Assembly: GCA_040954595.2 (NCBI GenBank)
Contig: CM082581.2
Span: forward strand, 3,092,699 to 3,156,698
DNA: 64,000 nt
Origin: Balanoglossus misakiensis
Lineage: Eukaryota; Animalia; Hemichordata
Reading direction: 5' to 3'
Part shown: one piece after another, positions 1 through 12,600 of the stretch
Position numbering within the stretch: position 1 is the stretch's first letter
Layout of the letters: every line of letters begins with the position of its first letter
Notes under the pieces: generated by a model
Told to the model about the DNA's origin: nothing
The model's database searches: none
The model's input: only the letters and a program-made list of their open reading frames with translations
Made by a program: the position numbers and the translations under genes

Positions 1-279
1 CTTAGGTCACCACTTCATAAGCGGTCTTACCCGTCATTGGCACAAACAGTCTCAGGAAGTAAGCTTTCAGCCTACCAATGTAGCTATTATATTTTCCACT
101 TTTTGTAAGTGAAGCCTGACTGTAGCCTGTCTTAGGTCACCACTTCATAAGCGATCTTACCCGTCATTGGCACAAACAGTCTCAGGAAGTAAGCTTTCAG
201 CCTACCAATGTAGCTATTATATTTTCCACTTTTTGTAAGTGTAGCCTGACTGTCCCCTGTCTTAGGTCACCACTTCATA
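1..279. repeat. 130-bp satellite array, left segment (continues beyond window start)
   Basis: cttaggtcac recurs at 1, 131 and 261; same monomer as 3643-22549. Confidence 0.98.
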
Positions 280-3200
280 CACTACAGACTGAATGTCCTG
301 TTCTACCTGGCGCGCCTGCTCCTGAACGCAGCAAGCCAGGTGGCTCGCCTGGTTCGCCAGGCCCGGTGAGCGTGCTTGCTGAGCGCGCCAGGCTTGAATC
401 CTGAATATTCATGAGCTACCTGGCTTGCATGGCCAGCCGGGTCACAGGAAGCGCGCTTGTTTACCTGGCGCGCTAGGCTTGCTCCTTGTCTATGGGCTTC
501 ATTATGTGTAGGGAACGCGTAGACCCACGCTACCCGAAACCACAAACTCAGTCCCAAATTCGAAAGCAAGCATACACGCAAAAAGTATTGAAATTATTTA
601 TTAAGACAAAAAACCATCAAAAACACCTTAACTATTTAGATTTAAAAATCGCCAAGCGACTAGTGGGCCAGTCTACTGGCGCACCGGTCGCTTACCAGCA
701 AGGAAGCCGATCGGTTTGAACCCCAAACATGTTTGATTGATCCATAGGGTCTATGATTAATCCCATGGCATTTCTGGTTTTTCTAATCTAGTTGCGCAAC
801 CTCCAGTTCAGATAAAAGAATGCTAGTGGTTCAAAACACTATGTACATGTAGTCATTTATGTTCATTTGTAACCTGTGTTTTATGTTACCACAGATGCAT
901 ACATGTAAAGCACACACGTACTAACTACAGATCAATTGCAGCAACTTAAAAATGACGAATATCGTAGCACTTCCTGTTTCTTGCTAACAGGGGATTAGCC
1001 CTCAGAATCTGTGCGCGTCCACACACTAAACGGACATTGTTTTGAGATCAACGCCGTCTAAATGGCAATGTTTAGGAACACGGCAACTAACAAAAATTGA
1101 GGACGTCGAGGACATGTAATTGCAACATATCTCAGTTTCTATACCTGGATATGCGTTCTGGACGACTTTGTCGTCTTCTTCATGACCGTTTTGATATCGT
1201 TTAGAAGTACTGGATGTTAATCCACAAATCGAAAACGCCTCGTCTTTTCGGCGATCGAAAGCACCTAAAGTTGGTGGCAGACCCGGCTAACTGCGAGTGG
1301 CTAGAAAACCACTCGCGTCCAGTGTTATTGACTCAACAATGGAAACTGACCCAAGACAATAGGTTACCTAGATAAACATAATCAAAAGTCACGACAGGGT
1401 TGTGCTTTGCGTTCTCACTGTATATTTGCTTCGGTCTGGATCTGAACCACCCGTCATCGCTGTCGAAAATTAACACCGGCCCAGCACAGGCGAAAAGCAT
1501 TCTCCGTCGGAGTCGTATCTGGATCGTTGCTACACCGGTACTACACCGTTGAAAACGTTAATCAATGTACAACTCTCCTTCTCAACATAAGTTTTATTTC
1601 AGACTAGGCATTCAGGGAGGGGCATTTAATTCACTACGAACAAAATGTGTCCGTTGTCAGTGTTAGTTTTCTTTATTAAGCATTTATAACACAATTACAC
1701 TACATTAGTTGTACAAATGCAAGGGAACATTTCCTTTCTGAACGAGAGAATGACAATCCGACAAACATGCTGATAAAGCCCCCCCCCCCCAAAAAAAAAA
1801 AAAACATCAACGGCGGAGAGCTTTATCGATTGCCTTGATGCACTGTTTTGACCACACGTCGCGCTCGGCGGATCGCGGGAAATCGTGGGATTATATTACC
1901 ATGGCCTGTGCGTCGCATTTTAATTGGTCGAGATGAACGACGTCACTGACCACAAATACTCAGTAATGGTTTGTTTACATCCCCGTAAATCTGAATAGTA
2001 ATATTAGCAAACAGTTAAGTGAATACAAAATTTTGCGTAACACAAGTTCCGGGGCCCCTAGTGGGACATTTTCGTAAATTTTGACGGTTTTCTTGATTTT
2101 GTTGGTAATATAATGGAAATAACCGACTCCGCCCTGACCATAAACGTTTGTTTATGGGCGCGGGCTCGAGGAAAGCCAAAATTCATGGGCGAGGCTTCCG
2201 CACCGTCTCCGTCTTCCTTTTTGTTGTTGTTGCTCGATGGATCATTATTCAGAAGGTCTATTTGAACATGCACGTCTCTATGGCTTCTCAGTGTACATGT
2301 ATATATAGACTGTGCCGTGTCGATGGTTTCTTGTCATTTGTTTGTGTGGCAACGAGTTTCAATAAGTTATATTTGCATATCGAGAGAGTGTGTTCTGCAT
2401 TAAAGTTTCCGCCCCAAGCACTAGATTACTGAATAAGTTCAGAGCTGATTCTCGACTTTAGTAGTTCCGACATCGATGCATTTTCCCGTTTTGCTGTTTA
2501 TTTGTACTTGAGGACATTTTTATTCTACTCTGATGTGACTTGTCCCTATTATTTTTCACATGTTCTAAAATAAAAAGAAATGTTACTTCACGATAGTGTC
2601 ATACATGTATGTGTGCACCTGTATCTAACTCACTGACGGTGAGTTTAAGATCTACTTAAACTGGCATTGAATATGGCTGGAGTCTATGCAATAGTTTGAC
2701 AGAATGAGCACAAGCTAGACATTTCATAGTTATTCAGGAGTGCTTGTTTGATGCGGATTGTATGTTGTTACATGGAGGTGGGACGGAAAGGAACTACACC
2801 TGCTACTCTTGTTTTTGAGGCAAGTCTGTGATTCCACTTGTTTACCGAGTAAACACGACTGTTTATTGGCAAGGCTACTCGCATGTGGCTGACAACAAAA
2901 GGAAATCAATAAAATAAAAGTTTGATACACGAAGGATGCAATCAGAACACAATATTCATTCTATTGTTTTGAGAATATCCATCTAATTTATCAGGCGATG
3001 AAACAGGTAGAGAGTCCCTGCGTTAGACCATAGCTACGCGCGATTGTACAATCATGTATTAAAACAAACATGGCGTCGATCGACGACATCACATCACGAA
3101 GAGAGATCGAGTCACAGACCGATCGAGTAATGGAGGTAGAACCCCAGGCAAACGCGAACGATCTTACATGTTTGCTAACTTTGATGATTAGGTTGCAATG

Positions 3201-3642
3201 ATCAATCTAGGCCCGATCAAAAAGACTGAGCTAGAATTTGTCGTGGTAAACCATGACACATTGATTACATCTCGGACACATGCAGACCATCTCTTTTTAC
3301 GTCCATGTGCAGACACACACGAAACGTCTAATTTATTCCGACGGGAGACATGCTAGCCCAATTCTTAACTCCAGAATTCTCAAACATGCCTTCTTCTCAT
3401 TCTAAGACTGACAGACTTCTCATGTGTTCATTCGGGCCCGCCAAACACAGCAAGCGCAGCGGGCCCATGGGCTAGCTGGGCCCGGTGGGCCCGAATGCGA
3501 GCCCACCAAACACATTTAATTAGCAAGCCCTGCGGGCCCATGGGCCTGCTGGGCCCGGAGGGACCGAGCCCCCTGGCGCGCGCAGCAAGCCACTGAGCGC
3601 GCCAGGCAAGCGCGCCATGTGCAGGACATTCAGTCTGTAGTG
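280..3642. mobile_element. Non-autonomous CACTA/EnSpm-type DNA transposon inserted in the satellite
   Basis: Perfect 21-bp TIR CACTACAGACTGAATGTCCTG (280-300) / CAGGACATTCAGTCTGTAGTG (3622-3642). 2-bp TA target duplication (cacttcaTA|...|TAagaggt). GC-rich subterminal repeats (cctggcgcgc, gggccc). No transposase ORF. Confidence 0.92.
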
Positions 3643-6600
3643 TAAGAGGTCTTACCCGTCATTTGGCACAAACAGTCTCAGGAAATAAGCTTTCAGCCTA
3701 CCAAGGTAGCTATTATATTTTCCACTTTTTGTAAGTGAAGCCTGACTGTCGCCTGTCTTAGGTCACCACTTTAAAAGCGGTCTTACCCGTCATTGGCAAA
3801 CAGTCTCTGGAAGTAAGCTTTCAGCCTACCAATGAAGCTATTATATTTTCCACTTTTTGTAAGTGAAGCCTGACTGTCGCCTGTCTTAGGTCACCACTTC
3901 ATAAGAGGTTTACCCTTCATTGCCACAAACAGTCTCAGGAAGTAAGCTTTCAGCCTACCAATGTAGCTATTATATTTTCCACTTTTTGTAAGTGAAGCCT
4001 GACTGTCGCCTGTCTTAGGTCACCACTTCATAAGCGGTCTTACCCGTCATTGGCACAAACAGTCTCAGGAAGTAAGCTTTCAGCCTACCAATGTAGCTAT
4101 TATATTTTCCACTTTTTGTATGTGAAGCCTGACTGTCGCCTGTCTTAGGTCACCACTTCATAAGCGGTCTTACCTGTCATTGGCACAAACAGTCTCAGGA
4201 AGTAAGCTTTCAGCCTACCAATGTAGCTATTATATTTTCCACTTTTTGTAAGTGAAGCCTGACTGTCGTCTGTCTTAGGTCACCACTTCATAAGAGGTCT
4301 TACCCGTCATTGGCACAAACAGTCTCAGGAAGTAAGCTTTCAGCCTACCAATGTAGCTATTATATTTTCCACTTTTTGTAAGTGAAGCCTGACTGTCGCC
4401 TGTCTTAGGTCACCACTTCATAAGCGGTCTTACCCGTCATTGGCACAAACAGTCTCAGGAAGTAAGCTTTCAGCCTACCAATGTAGGTATTATATTTTCT
4501 ACTTTTTGTAAGTGAAGCCTGACTGTCGCCTGTCTTAGGTCACCACTTCATAAGCGGTCTTACCCGTCATTGGCACAAACAGTCTCAGGAAGTAAGCTTT
4601 CAGCCTACCAATGTAGCTATTATATTTTCCACTTTTTGTAAGTGAAGCCTGACTGTCGCCTGTCTTAGGTCACCACTTCATAAGCGGTCTTACCCGTCAT
4701 TGGCACAAACAGTCTCAGGAAGTAAGCTTTCAGCCTACCAATGTAGCTATTATATTTTCCACTTTTTGTAAGTGAAGCCTGACTGTCGCCTGTCTTAGGT
4801 CACCACTTCATAAGCGGTCTTACCCGTCATTGGCACAAACAGTCTCAGGAAGTAAGCTCTCAGCCTACCAATGTAGCTATTATATTTTCCACTTTTTGTA
4901 AGTGAAGCCTGACTGTCGCCTGTCTTAGGTCACCACTTCATAAGCGGTCTTACCCGTCATTGGCACAAACAGTCTCAGGAAGTAAGCTTTCAGCCTACCA
5001 ATGTAGCTATTATATTTTCCTCTTTTTGTAAGTGAAGCCTGACTGTCGCCTGTCTTAGGTCACCACTTCATAAGCGGTCTTACCCGTCATTGGCACAAAC
5101 AGTCTCAGGAAGTAAGCTTTCAGCCTACCAATGTAGCTATTATATTTTCCACTTTTTGTAAGTGAAGCCTGACTGTCACCTGTCTTAGGTCACCACTTCA
5201 TAAGAGGTCTTACCCGTCATTGGCACAAACAGTCTCAGGAAGTAAGCTTTCAGCCTACCAATGTAGCTATTATATTTTCCACTTTTTGTAAGTGAAGCCT
5301 GACTGTCGCCTGCCTTAGGTCACCACTTAATAAGAGGTCTTACCTGTCATTGGCACAAACAGTCCCAGGAAGTAAGCTTTCAGCCTACCAATGCAGCTAT
5401 TATATTTTCCACTTTTTGTAAGTGAAGCCTGACTGTCGCCTGTCTTAGGTCACCACTTCATAAGAGGTCTTACCCGTCATTGGCACAAACAGTCCCAGGA
5501 AGTAAGCTTTCAGCCTATCAATGTAGCTATTATATTTTCCACTTTTTGTAAGTGAAGCCTGACTGTCGCCTGTCTTAGGTCACCACTTCATAAGAGGTCT
5601 TACCCGTCATTTGGCACAAACAGTCTCAGGAAGTAAGCTTTCAGCCTACCAATGTAGCTATTATATTTTCGCCTGCCTTAGGTCACCACTTAATAAGAGG
5701 TCTTACCCGTCATTGGCACAAACAGTCTCAGGAAGTAAGCTTTCAGCCTACCAATGCAGCTATTATATTTTCCACTTTTTGTAAGTGAAGCCTGACTGTC
5801 GCCTGTCTTAGGTCACCACTTCATAAGAGGTCTTACCCGTCATTGGCACAAACAGTCCCAGGAAGTAAGCTTTCAGCCTACCAATGTAGCTATTATATTT
5901 TCCACTTATTGTAAGTGAAGCCTGACTGTCGCCTGTCTTAGGTCACCACTTCATAAGAGGTCTTACCCGTCATTGGCACAAACAGTCTCAGGAAGTAAGC
6001 TTTCAGCCTACCAATGTAGCTATTATATTTTCCACTTTTTGTAAGTGAAGCCTGACTGTCGCCTGTCTTAGGTCACCACTTCATAAGCGATCTTACCCGT
6101 CATTGGCACAAACAGTCTCAGGAAGTAAGCTTTCAGCCTACCAATGTAGCTATTATATTTTCCACTTTTTGTAAGTGTAGCCTGACTGTCGCCTGTCTTA
6201 GGTCACCACTTCATAAGAGGTCTTACCCGTCATTTGGCACAAACAGTCTCAGGAAATAAGCTTTCAGCCTACCAATGTAGCTATTATATTTTCCACTTTT
6301 TGTAAGTGAAGCCTGACTGTCGCCTGTCTTAGGTCACCACTTTAAAAGCGGTCTTACCCGTCATTGGCAAACAGTCTCTGGAAGTAAGCTTTCAGCCTAC
6401 CAATGAAGCTATTATATTTTCCACTTTTTGTAAGTGAAGCCTGACTGTCGCCTGTCTTAGGTCACCACTTCATAAGAGGTTTACCCTTCATTGCCACAAA
6501 CAGTCTCAGGAAGTAAGCTTTCAGCCTACCAATGTAGCTATTATATTTTCCACTTTTTGTAAGTGAAGCCTGACTGTCGCCTGTCTTAGGTCACCACTTC

Positions 6601-9600
6601 ATAAGCGGTCTTACCCGTCATTGGCACAAACAGTCTCAGGAAGTAAGCTTTCAGCCTACCAATGTAGCTATTATATTTTCCACTTTTTGTATGTGAAGCC
6701 TGACTGTCGCCTGTCTTAGGTCACCACTTCATAAGCGGTCTTACCTGTCATTGGCACAAACAGTCTCAGGAAGTAAGCTTTCAGCCTACCAATGTAGCTA
6801 TTATATTTTCCACTTTTTGTAAGTGAAGCCTGACTGTCGTCTGTCTTAGGTCACCACTTCATAAGAGGTCTTACCCGTCATTGGCACAAACAGTCTCAGG
6901 AAGTAAGCTTTCAGCCTACCAATGTAGCTATTATATTTTCCACTTTTTGTAAGTGAAGCCTGACTGTCGCCTGTCTTAGGTCACCACTTCATAAGCGGTC
7001 TTACCCGTCATTGGCACAAACAGTCTCAGGAAGTAAGCTTTCAGCCTACCAATGTAGGTATTATATTTTCTACTTTTTGTAAGTGAAGCCTGACTGTCGC
7101 CTGTCTTAGGTCACCACTTCATAAGCGGTCTTACCCGTCATTGGCACAAACAGTCTCAGGAAGTAAGCTTTCAGCCTACCAATGTAGCTATTATATTTTC
7201 CACTTTTTGTAAGTGAAGCCTGACTGTCGCCTGTCTTAGGTCACCACTTCATAAGCGGTCTTACCCGTCATTGGCACAAACAGTCTCAGGAAGTAAGCTT
7301 TCAGCCTACCAATGTAGCTATTATATTTTCCACTTTTTGTAAGTGAAGCCTGACTGTCGCCTGTCTTAGGTCACCACTTCATAAGCGGTCTTACCCGTCA
7401 TTGGCACAAACAGTCTCAGGAAGTAAGCTCTCAGCCTACCAATGTAGCTATTATATTTTCCACTTTTTGTAAGTGAAGCCTGACTGTCGCCTGTCTTAGG
7501 TCACCACTTCATAAGCAGTCTTACCCGTCATTGGCACAAACAGTCTCAGGAAGTAAGCTTTCAGCCTACCAATGTAGCTATTATATTTTCCACTTTTTGT
7601 AAGTGAAGCCTGACTGTCGCCTGTCTTAGGTCACCACTTCATAAGCGGTCTTACCCGTCATTGGCACAAACAGTCACAGGAAGTAAGCTTTCAGCCTACC
7701 AATGTAGCTATTATATTTTCCACTTTTTGTAAGTGAAGCCTGACTGTCACCTGTCTTAGGTCACCACTTCATAAGAGGTCTTACCCGTCATTGGCACAAA
7801 CAGTCTCAGGAAGTAAGCTTTCAGCCTACCAATGTAGCTATTATATTTTCCACTTTTTGTAAGTGAAGCCTGACTGTCGCCTGCCTTAGGTCACCACTTA
7901 ATAAGAGGTCTTACCTGTCATTGGCACAAACAGTCCCAGGAAGTAAGCTTTCAGCCTACCAATGCAGCTATTATATTTTCCACTTTTTGTAAGTGAAGCC
8001 TGACTGTCGCCTGTCTTAGGTCACCACTTCATAAGAGGTCTTACCCGTCATTGGCACAAACAGTCCCAGGAAGTAAGCTTTCAGCCTATCAAAGTAGCTA
8101 TTATATTTTCCACTTTTTGTAAGTGAAGCCTGACTGTCGCCTGTCTTAGGTCACCACTTCATAAGAGGTCTTACCCGTCATTTGGCACAAACAGTCTCAG
8201 GAAGTAAGCTTTCAGCCTACCAATGTAGCTATTATATTTTCGCCTGCCTTAGGTCACCACTTAATAAGAGGTCTTACCCGTCATTGGCACAAACAGTCTC
8301 AGGAAGTAAGCTTTCAGCCTACCAATGCAGCTATTATATTTTCCACTTTTTGTAAGTGAAGCCTGACTGTCGCCTGTCTTAGGTCACCACTTCATAAGAG
8401 GTCTTACCCGTCATTGGCACAAACAGTCCCAGGAAGTAAGCTTTCAGCCTACCAATGTAGCTATTATATTTTCCACTTATTGTAAGTGAAGCCTGACTGT
8501 CGCCTGTCTTAGGTCACCACTTCATAAGCGATCTTACCCGTCATTGGCACAAACAGTCTCAGGAAGTAAGCTTTCAGCCTACCAATGTAGCTATTATATT
8601 TTCCACTTTTTGTAAGTGTAGCCTGACTGTCGCCTGTCTTAGGTCACCACTTCATAAGAGGTCTTACCCGTCATTTGGCACAAACAGTCTCAGGAAATAA
8701 GCTTTCAGCCTACCAATGTAGCTATTATATTTTCCACTTTTTGTAAGTGAAGCCTGACTGTCGCCTGTCTTAGGTCACCACTTTAAAAGCGGTCTTACCC
8801 GTCATTGGCAAACAGTCTCAGGAAGTAAGCTTTCAGCCTACCAATGTAGCTATTATATTTTCCACTTTTTGTAAGTGAAGCCTGACTGTCGCCTGTCTTA
8901 GGTCACCACTTTAAAAGCGGTCTTACCCGTCATTGGCAAACAGTCTCAGGAAGTAAGCTTTCAGCCTACCAATGTAGCTATTATATTTTCCACTTTTTGT
9001 AAGTGAAGCCTGACTGTCGCCTGTCTTAGGTCACCACTTTAAAAGCGGTCTTACCCGTCATTGGCACAAACAGTCTCAGGAAGTAAGCTTTCAGCCTACC
9101 AATGTAGCTATTATATTTTCCACTTTTTGTAAGTGAAGCCTGACTGTCGCCTGTCTTAGGTCACCACTTCATAAGCGGTCTTACCCGTCATTGGCACAAA
9201 CAGTCTCAGGAAGTAAGCTTTCAGCCTACCAATGTAGCTATTATATTTTCCACTTTTTGTAAGTGAAGCCTGACTGTCGCCTGTCTTAGGTCACCACTTC
9301 ATAAGCGGTCTTACCCGTCATTGGCACAAACAGTCTCAGGAAGTAAGCTCTCAGCCTACCAATGTAGCTATTATATTTTCCACTTTTTGTAAGTGAAGCC
9401 TGACTGTCGCCTGTCTTAGTTCACCACTTCATAAGCGGTCTTACCCGTCATTGGCACAAACAGTCTCAGGAAGTAAGCTTTCAGCCTACCAATGTAGCTA
9501 TTATATTTTCCACTTTTTGTAAGTGAAGCCTGACTGTCGCCTGTCTTAGGTCACCACTTCATAAGCGGTCTTACCCGTCATTGGCACAAACAGTCTCAGG

Positions 9601-12600
9601 AAGTAAGCTTTCAGCCTACCAATGTAGCTATTATATTTTCCACTTTTTGTAAGTGAAGCCTGACTGTCACCTGTCTTAGGTCACCACTTCATAAGAGGTC
9701 TTACCCGTCATTGGCACAAACAGTCTCAGGAAGTAAGCTTTCAGCCTACCAATGTAGCTATTATATTTTCCACTTTTTGTAAGTGAAGCCTGACTGTCGC
9801 CTGCCTTAGGTCACCACTTAATAAGAGGTCTTACCTGTCATTGGCACAAACAGTCCCAGGAAGTAAGCTTTCAGCCTACCAATGCAGCTATTATATTTTC
9901 CACTTTTTGTAAGTGAAGCCTGACTGTCGCCTGTCTTAGGTCACCACTTCATAAGAGGTCTTACCCGTCATTGGCACAAACAGTCCCAGGAAGTAAGCTT
10001 TCAGCCTATCAATGTAGCTATTATATTTTCCACTTTTTGTAAGTGAAGCCTGACTGTCGCCTGTCTTAGGTCACCACTTCATAAGAGGTCTTACCCGTCA
10101 TTTGGCACAAACAGTCTCAGGAAGTAAGCTTTCAGCCTACCAATGTAGCTATTATATTTTCGCCTGCCTTAGGTCACCACTTAATAAGAGGTCTTACCCG
10201 TCATTGGCACAAACAGTCTCAGGAAGTAAGCTTTCAGCCTACCAATGCAGCTATTATATTTTCCACTTTTTGTAAGTGAAGCCTGACTGTCGCCTGTCTT
10301 AGGTCACCACTTCATAAGAGGTCTTACCCGTCATTGGCACAAACAGTCCCAGGAAGTAAGCTTTCAGCCTACCAATGTAGCTATTATATTTTCCACTTAT
10401 TGTAAGTGAAGCCTGACTGTCGCCTGTCTTAGGTCACCACTTCATAAGAGGTCTTACCCGTCATTGGCACAAACAGTCTCAGGAAGTAAGCTTTCAGCCT
10501 ACCAATGTAGCTATTATATTTTCCACTTTTTGTAAGTGAAGCCTGACTGTCGCCTGTCTTAGGTCACCACTTCATAAGCGATCTTACCCGTCATTGGCAC
10601 AAACAGTCTCAGGAAGTAAGCTTTCAGCCTACCAATGTAGCTATTATATTTCCCACTTTTTGTAAGTGTAGCCTGACTGTCGCCTGTCTTAGGTCACCAC
10701 TTCATAAGAGGTCTTACCCGTCATTTGGCACAAACAGTCTCAGGAAATAAGCTTTCAGCCTACCAATGTAGCTATTATATTTTCCACTTTTTGTAAGTGA
10801 AGCCTGACTGTCGCCTGTCTTAGGTCACCACTTTAAAAGCGGTCTTACCCGTCATTGGCAAACAGTCTCTGGAAGTAAGCTTTCAGCCTACCAATGAAGC
10901 TATTATATTTTCCACTTTTTGTAAGTGAAGCCTGACTGTCGCCTGTCTTAGGTCACCACTTCATAAGAGGTTTACCCTTCATTGCCACAAACAGTCTCAG
11001 GAAGTAAGCTTTCAGCCTACCAATGTAGCTATTATATTTTCCACTTTTTGTAAGTGAAGCCTGACTGTCGCCTGTCTTAGGTCACCACTTCATAAGCGGT
11101 CTTACCCGTCATTGGCACAAACAGTCTCAGGAAGTAAGCTTTCAGCCTACCAATGTAGCTATTATATTTTCCACTTTTTGTATGTGAAGCCTGACTGTCG
11201 CCTGTCTTAGGTCACCACTTCATAAGCGGTCTTACCTGTCATTGGCACAAACAGTCTCAGGAAGTAAGCTTTCAGCCTACCAATGTAGCTATTATATTTT
11301 CCACTTTTTGTAAGTGAAGCCTGACTGTCGTCTGTCTTAGGTCACCACTTCATAAGAGGTCTTACCCGTCATTGGCACAAACAGTCTCAGGAAGTAAGCT
11401 TTCAGCCTACCAATGTAGCTATTATATTTTCCACTTTTTGTAAGTGAAGCCTGACTGTCGCCTGCCTTAGGTCACCACTTAATAAGAGGTCTTACCTGTC
11501 ATTGGCACAAACAGTCCCAGGAAGTAAGCTTTCAGCCTACCAATGCAGCTATTATATTTTCCACTTTTTGTAAGTGAAGCCTGACTGTCGCCTGTCTTAG
11601 GTCACCACTTCATAAGAGGTCTTACCCGTCATTGGCACAAACAGTCCCAGGAAGTAAGCTTTCAGCCTATCAAAGTAGCTATTATATTTTCCACTTTTTG
11701 TAAGTGAAGCCTGACTGTCGCCTGTCTTAGGTCACCACTTCATAAGAGGTCTTACCCGTCATTTGGCACAAACAGTCTCAGGAAGTAAGCTTTCAGCCTA
11801 CCAATGTAGCTATTATATTTTCGCCTGCCTTAGGTCACCACTTAATAAGAGGTCTTACCCGTCATTGGCACAAACAGTCTCAGGAAGTAAGCTTTCAGCC
11901 TACCAATGCAGCTATTATATTTTCCACTTTTTGTAAGTGAAGCCTGACTGTCGCCTGTCTTAGGTCACCACTTCATAAGAGGTCTTACCCGTCATTGGCA
12001 CAAACAGTCCCAGGAAGTAAGCTTTCAGCCTACCAATGTAGCTATTATATTTTCCACTTATTGTAAGTGAAGCCTGACTGTCGCCTGTCTTAGGTCACCA
12101 CTTCATAAGCGATCTTACCCGTCATTGGCACAAACAGTCTCAGGAAGTAAGCTTTCAGCCTACCAATGTAGCTATTATATTTTCCACTTTTTGTAAGTGT
12201 AGCCTGACTGTCGCCTGTCTTAGGTCACCACTTCATAAGAGGTCTTACCCGTCATTTGGCACAAACAGTCTCAGGAAATAAGCTTTCAGCCTACCAATGT
12301 AGCTATTATATTTTCCACTTTTTGTAAGTGAAGCCTGACTGTCGCCTGTCTTAGGTCACCACTTTAAAAGCGGTCTTACCCGTCATTGGCAAACAGTCTC
12401 AGGAAGTAAGCTTTCAGCCTACCAATGTAGCTATTATATTTTCCACTTTTTGTAAGTGAAGCCTGACTGTCGCCTGTCTTAGGTCACCACTTTAAAAGCG
12501 GTCTTACCCGTCATTGGCAAACAGTCTCAGGAAGTAAGCTTTCAGCCTACCAATGTAGCTATTATATTTTCCACTTTTTGTAAGTGAAGCCTGACTGTCG

